From Solirubrobacteraceae bacterium (GTDB taxonomy: Bacteria > Actinomycetota > Thermoleophilia > Solirubrobacterales > Solirubrobacteraceae), in assembly GCA_050999585.1 (NCBI GenBank), contig JBPCPC010000191.1:1-62486 (forward strand): a DNA stretch of 62,486 nt, written 5' to 3'. Under the pieces are notes generated by a model. That model saw only the letters and a list, made by a program, of their open reading frames with translations. It ran no database searches and was not told where the DNA came from. A program made the position numbers and the translations under genes. Shown piece by piece: positions 59,355-62,486 of the stretch. Each line of letters begins with the position of its first letter. The stretch's first letter is position 1.

Positions 59355-60680
59355 CTAGGAGACGCCCGGGTCCAGGTCGAACTCGACCCCGGCGAGCTCG
59401 ACATCGTCCCCGGTCGCGAACCCCGCCGCCTCCAGCGCCCGCAGCACCCCGATGCCCTTCAGCCGGCGTTCGAGATGGGCCAGGGCCTCCTCGTTGTCGA
59501 GGTCATAGCGTGCCACCAGCCGCTCGATCCCGGAGCCCTCGACGGCGAAGCTGCTGTCCCCCGTGCGCCGGACCGTGAACGCTCGCGGAGCCGCCGGGCG
59601 AAACGTTCGGTGCTCGGCCAGCTCCCCCGGCGACTCCTCGCCCAGCTGCGCCAGCGCTGCCACGGACGGCGGCGGCGCATCCACCGGAACGCGCCGCACC
59701 AGCTCGGCCGCCAGCTCATCAAGCCCCAGATGGGTCGCCGAGGAGGTGACCAGCACCGGGGTATCAGACCCCGCCTGCGCCAGCCGCTCAGACCAGAATT
59801 GTCTCGCGGTGGCCGCGGTGTCGGTGTCGACGAGATCGGCCTTGGACAGGGCCAGCACCCTGGGCAATGAGGCCAGGCGCGGGTCGTGGGCGGCCAGTTC
59901 GCGCTCCACGGTCGCGTGGTTGACCTGCGGATCGGACCCGTCCAGCGGCGCCAGATCCAGGACGTGCACGAGCAGCCGCGTCCGCTCCACGTGCGCGAGG
60001 AACTCGTGGCCCAGCCCGGCGCCTTCGCTGGCGCCCTCGATCAGGCCCGGGATGTCGGCGATCACCAGCTGCCGGGTCTCGGTCTGAAGTGTCCCCAGGA
60101 CCGGCGCGAGCGTCGTGAACGGATACCCGGCGACCTTGGGTTGCGCGCGGGTGATCCGCGCCAGCAGCGAGGACTTGCCGGCGTTGGGCAGCCCGATCAG
60201 CCCCACGTCGGCAAGCAGCTTGAGCTGCAGCGTCAGCCAGGTCTCGTCGCCGGGCAGACCGCGCTCGGCGAACCGCGGCGTCTGGTGGGTGGGGCCGGCG
60301 AAGCGCTTGTTGCCGCGGCCGCCCGGCCCTCCCCGCGCGATCACCGCGCGCTGGCCGGCCGTCACCATGTCATGACGGGTTCCATCGGACTCGACCAGCA
60401 CCTCGGTCCCGGGAGGCACGCGCAGGTCGAGCCCGGAGCCGTCAGCGCCATGGCGCAGCGCGCCCTCCCCGTGGCCGCCACGGCCCGCCTTGAAGTGAGC
60501 GAGGCGGCGAAACGCCTCGAGGTCGCGCAACGAGTCGTCGCACACCAGCACGACGTCACCGCCGCGTCCCCCGTCGCCGCCGTCGGGGCCACCCCTGGGC
60601 ACGTGGGCCTCGCGGCGAAAGCTGAGGCAGCCGTCGCCGCCGGCGCCGGCCTGAACGTGGATTCGAGCTCGATCGTGCAT
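59355..60680 (-). CDS. obgE: GTPase ObgE/CgtA
   Basis: GGPDGGDGGRGG, GLPNAGKSSL, YPFTTL, DIPGLIEGA, C-terminal OCT domain. Confidence 0.97.
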   Translation of the reverse strand: MHDRARIHVQAGAGGDGCLSFRREAHVPRGGPDGGDGGRGGDVVLVCDDSLRDLEAFRRLAHFKAGRGGHGEGALRHGADGSGLDLRVPPGTEVLVESDGTRHDMVTAGQRAVIARGGPGGRGNKRFAGPTHQTPRFAERGLPGDETWLTLQLKLLADVGLIGLPNAGKSSLLARITRAQPKVAGYPFTTLAPVLGTLQTETRQLVIADIPGLIEGASEGAGLGHEFLAHVERTRLLVHVLDLAPLDGSDPQVNHATVERELAAHDPRLASLPRVLALSKADLVDTDTAATARQFWSERLAQAGSDTPVLVTSSATHLGLDELAAELVRRVPVDAPPPSVAALAQLGEESPGELAEHRTFRPAAPRAFTVRRTGDSSFAVEGSGIERLVARYDLDNEEALAHLERRLKGIGVLRALEAAGFATGDDVELAGVEFDLDPGVS

Positions 60681-60694
60681 GCTGTGCAGACACT

Positions 60695-61384
60695 ATGGCC
60701 GATCCGATTTTCCTCATCACCGGCGCGTCGTCGGGCATCGGGGCCGCCACCGCTCGCGCCGCCGCGCAGGCGGGCTACCGGGTGGCGCTCGCGGCGCGCT
60801 CCCTCGAGCGGCTCACCGTCCTGGCCGACGAGCTCGGCGGAACCGACCGGGCGCTGGCGATGCAATGCGACGTGACCGAGTTTGATCAGCAGGAGACGAT
60901 GGTGAGGCGGACGCTGGAGCATTTCGGCGGCGGACTCGACGTAGTCTTCGCGAACGCCGGGTTCGGCGCCAAGCGCGGCTTCCTCAACGAGTCCCCCGAG
61001 CTCTGGCGCGCGATGGTCCTGACCAACGTGTACGGCGCCGCGCTCACGATCCGCGCCACGATCACTGCGCTCCGGGAGTCACGGGGCCACCTGCTGCTGA
61101 CCGGCTCCGTGGCCGGCCGGCGCGCGCTGCCGGGCTCGCTGTACTCGGCGACCAAGTGGGCCGTGACGGGGCTGGCCGAGTCGGCCCGCCAGGAGCTCAA
61201 CGGCTCCGGCGTACGGGTGACGCTGGTCGAGCCCGGGATGACCGACACGCCGTTCTTCACCAATCGTCCGCCCGATCCACTGCTTGCGCCGGACGTCGCC
61301 GGCGCGGTGATGTGGGCGGTCTCCCAGCCGCCGCACGTTGACGTCAACGAGATCCTGATCCGCCCGACGTCGCAGGACGGCTGA
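60695..61384 (+). CDS. SDR oxidoreductase
   Basis: TGASSGIG, ANAG, YSATK. Confidence 0.93.
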   Translation: MADPIFLITGASSGIGAATARAAAQAGYRVALAARSLERLTVLADELGGTDRALAMQCDVTEFDQQETMVRRTLEHFGGGLDVVFANAGFGAKRGFLNESPELWRAMVLTNVYGAALTIRATITALRESRGHLLLTGSVAGRRALPGSLYSATKWAVTGLAESARQELNGSGVRVTLVEPGMTDTPFFTNRPPDPLLAPDVAGAVMWAVSQPPHVDVNEILIRPTSQDG

Positions 61385-61465
61385 TCGCCCCCCCGCGGCG
61401 GCCTCAGCCAGCCCCATAAGCTGTCGGCGCCAGCAGGTTCCATCAACGTCCGGGACGTCGCAGCG

Positions 61466-61873
61466 GTGTCGATCGTGCAGGAGTTCAGGAAGTTCATCTT
61501 GCGAGGAAACCTCGTTGAGCTGGCGGTGGCGTTCATCATCGGCGCACTGTTCGCCGCGCTGGTCAAGGCCTTCATCGCCGACCTGATCACCCCGATCATC
61601 GCCCTGATCGTCGGCCAGCCCAACTTCAGCGCCCTGAAGTTCACGATCAACTCGAGTCAGTTCATGTACGGCGACTTCCTTAACAACGTGATCACGTTTG
61701 TCGTCACGGCCGCGGTGATCTTCTTCTTCGTCGTCAAGCCCTACGACGTGATGCTCTCGCGTCGCGCCAAGGAGGATCCCGACAGCAAGGAGTGCCCGGA
61801 GTGCACGTCGGCGATCCCGATCAAGGCGCGTCGCTGCCCACAATGCACCGCCGAGCTGACCGGCGCCGCCTGA
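61466..61873 (+). CDS. mscL: Large-conductance mechanosensitive channel with C-terminal zinc ribbon
   Basis: EFRKFILRGNLVELAVAFIIG, YGDFLN; CPEC...CPQC tail. Confidence 0.95.
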   Translation: MSIVQEFRKFILRGNLVELAVAFIIGALFAALVKAFIADLITPIIALIVGQPNFSALKFTINSSQFMYGDFLNNVITFVVTAAVIFFFVVKPYDVMLSRRAKEDPDSKECPECTSAIPIKARRCPQCTAELTGAA

Positions 61874-61895
61874 CCGAGGACGCGCCCCGGCGGGT

Positions 61896-62177
61896 TTAGC
61901 CGACGGTCTGAGCCGCCGCCGGCGTCTCGCCGGGGACGACCGAGATCACGCGGCCACGGCGGCCACGGCTGAACTCGACCAGGCCGGCGGACTTGGCGAA
62001 GATCGTGTCGTCGCGGCCGATGCCGACGCCGACGCCGGGCTTGAAGACCGTGCCGCGCTGGCGCACGATGATCTCGCCGCCGGTGACGGTCTGACCGGCG
62101 AAGACCTTCACGCCCAGGCGCTGCGCGTTGGAGTCGCGTCCGTTGCGGCTGGAGCCCAGTCCCTTCTTATGCGCCAT
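61896..62177 (-). CDS. rpmA: 50S ribosomal protein L27
   Basis: [24 protein letters not shown]. Confidence 0.98.
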   Translation of the reverse strand: MAHKKGLGSSRNGRDSNAQRLGVKVFAGQTVTGGEIIVRQRGTVFKPGVGVGIGRDDTIFAKSAGLVEFSRGRRGRVISVVPGETPAAAQTVG

Positions 62178-62478
62178 TGCTCATCTCCGTGACCTCGATC
62201 CGTGTCAGTTCCTGGCGGTGGCCCTGGGTGCGCTTGTAGCCCTGCTTGGGCTTGTACTTGAAGACGCGGATCTTCTTGCCGCGCTCGTGGCTCAGCACCT
62301 TGGCCGCCACCGTGACCTTCCCCAGCCCGTCGCGATCGAAGACGGTGTCCGAGGAGCGAAAGAGCATGGGCTGGAGGGCCACCGTGGCCCCCTCGGCCTC
62401 GGGCAGGCGCTCGACGAGCAGGGTCTGCCCCTTCTCGACGCGGTACTGCTTACCGCCGGTCTTGATGATCGCGTACAT
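62167..62478 (-). CDS. rplU: 50S ribosomal protein L21
   Basis: [16 protein letters not shown]. Confidence 0.98.
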   Translation of the reverse strand: MYAIIKTGGKQYRVEKGQTLLVERLPEAEGATVALQPMLFRSSDTVFDRDGLGKVTVAAKVLSHERGKKIRVFKYKPKQGYKRTQGHRQELTRIEVTEMSNGA

Positions 62479-62486
62479 GGTTCAGG

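Overview
High-GC actinobacterial chromosome segment. Gene order and protein style suggest Thermoleophilia/Solirubrobacterales (inference). It is mostly housekeeping: polA, malic enzyme, a liv-type ABC operon with three binding proteins, hisIE-trpEGDCFBA, phoH-ybeY-era, hrcA-dnaJ-prmA, lepA, murJ, rpsT, holA, leuS, ppaC, obgE-proBA-nadD-rsfS, mscL and rplU-rpmA. Small accessory or decaying patches lie between these: an AbiEi/DUF559 gene, a broken HK-RR-GGDEF/EAL module, a broken Flp-pilin-headed secreted protein, collapsed SDR/cydAB and GAF/EAL remnants, and an ECF sigma/anti-sigma pair. The standout is at 51432-52072. A perfect LexA-type SOS box abuts an ORF for an I-Ssp6803I-like PD-(D/E)XK nuclease, whose reading frame runs in phase through a complete same-strand tRNA-Ala(GGC) gene into a Phd/YefM-type DNA-binding domain. 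No CRISPR array, rRNA, integrase or transposase was seen. Some clustered substitutions in conserved motifs suggest local consensus errors, so indel-based calls need read-level checking. All family calls come from motif recognition by eye, not from database searches.
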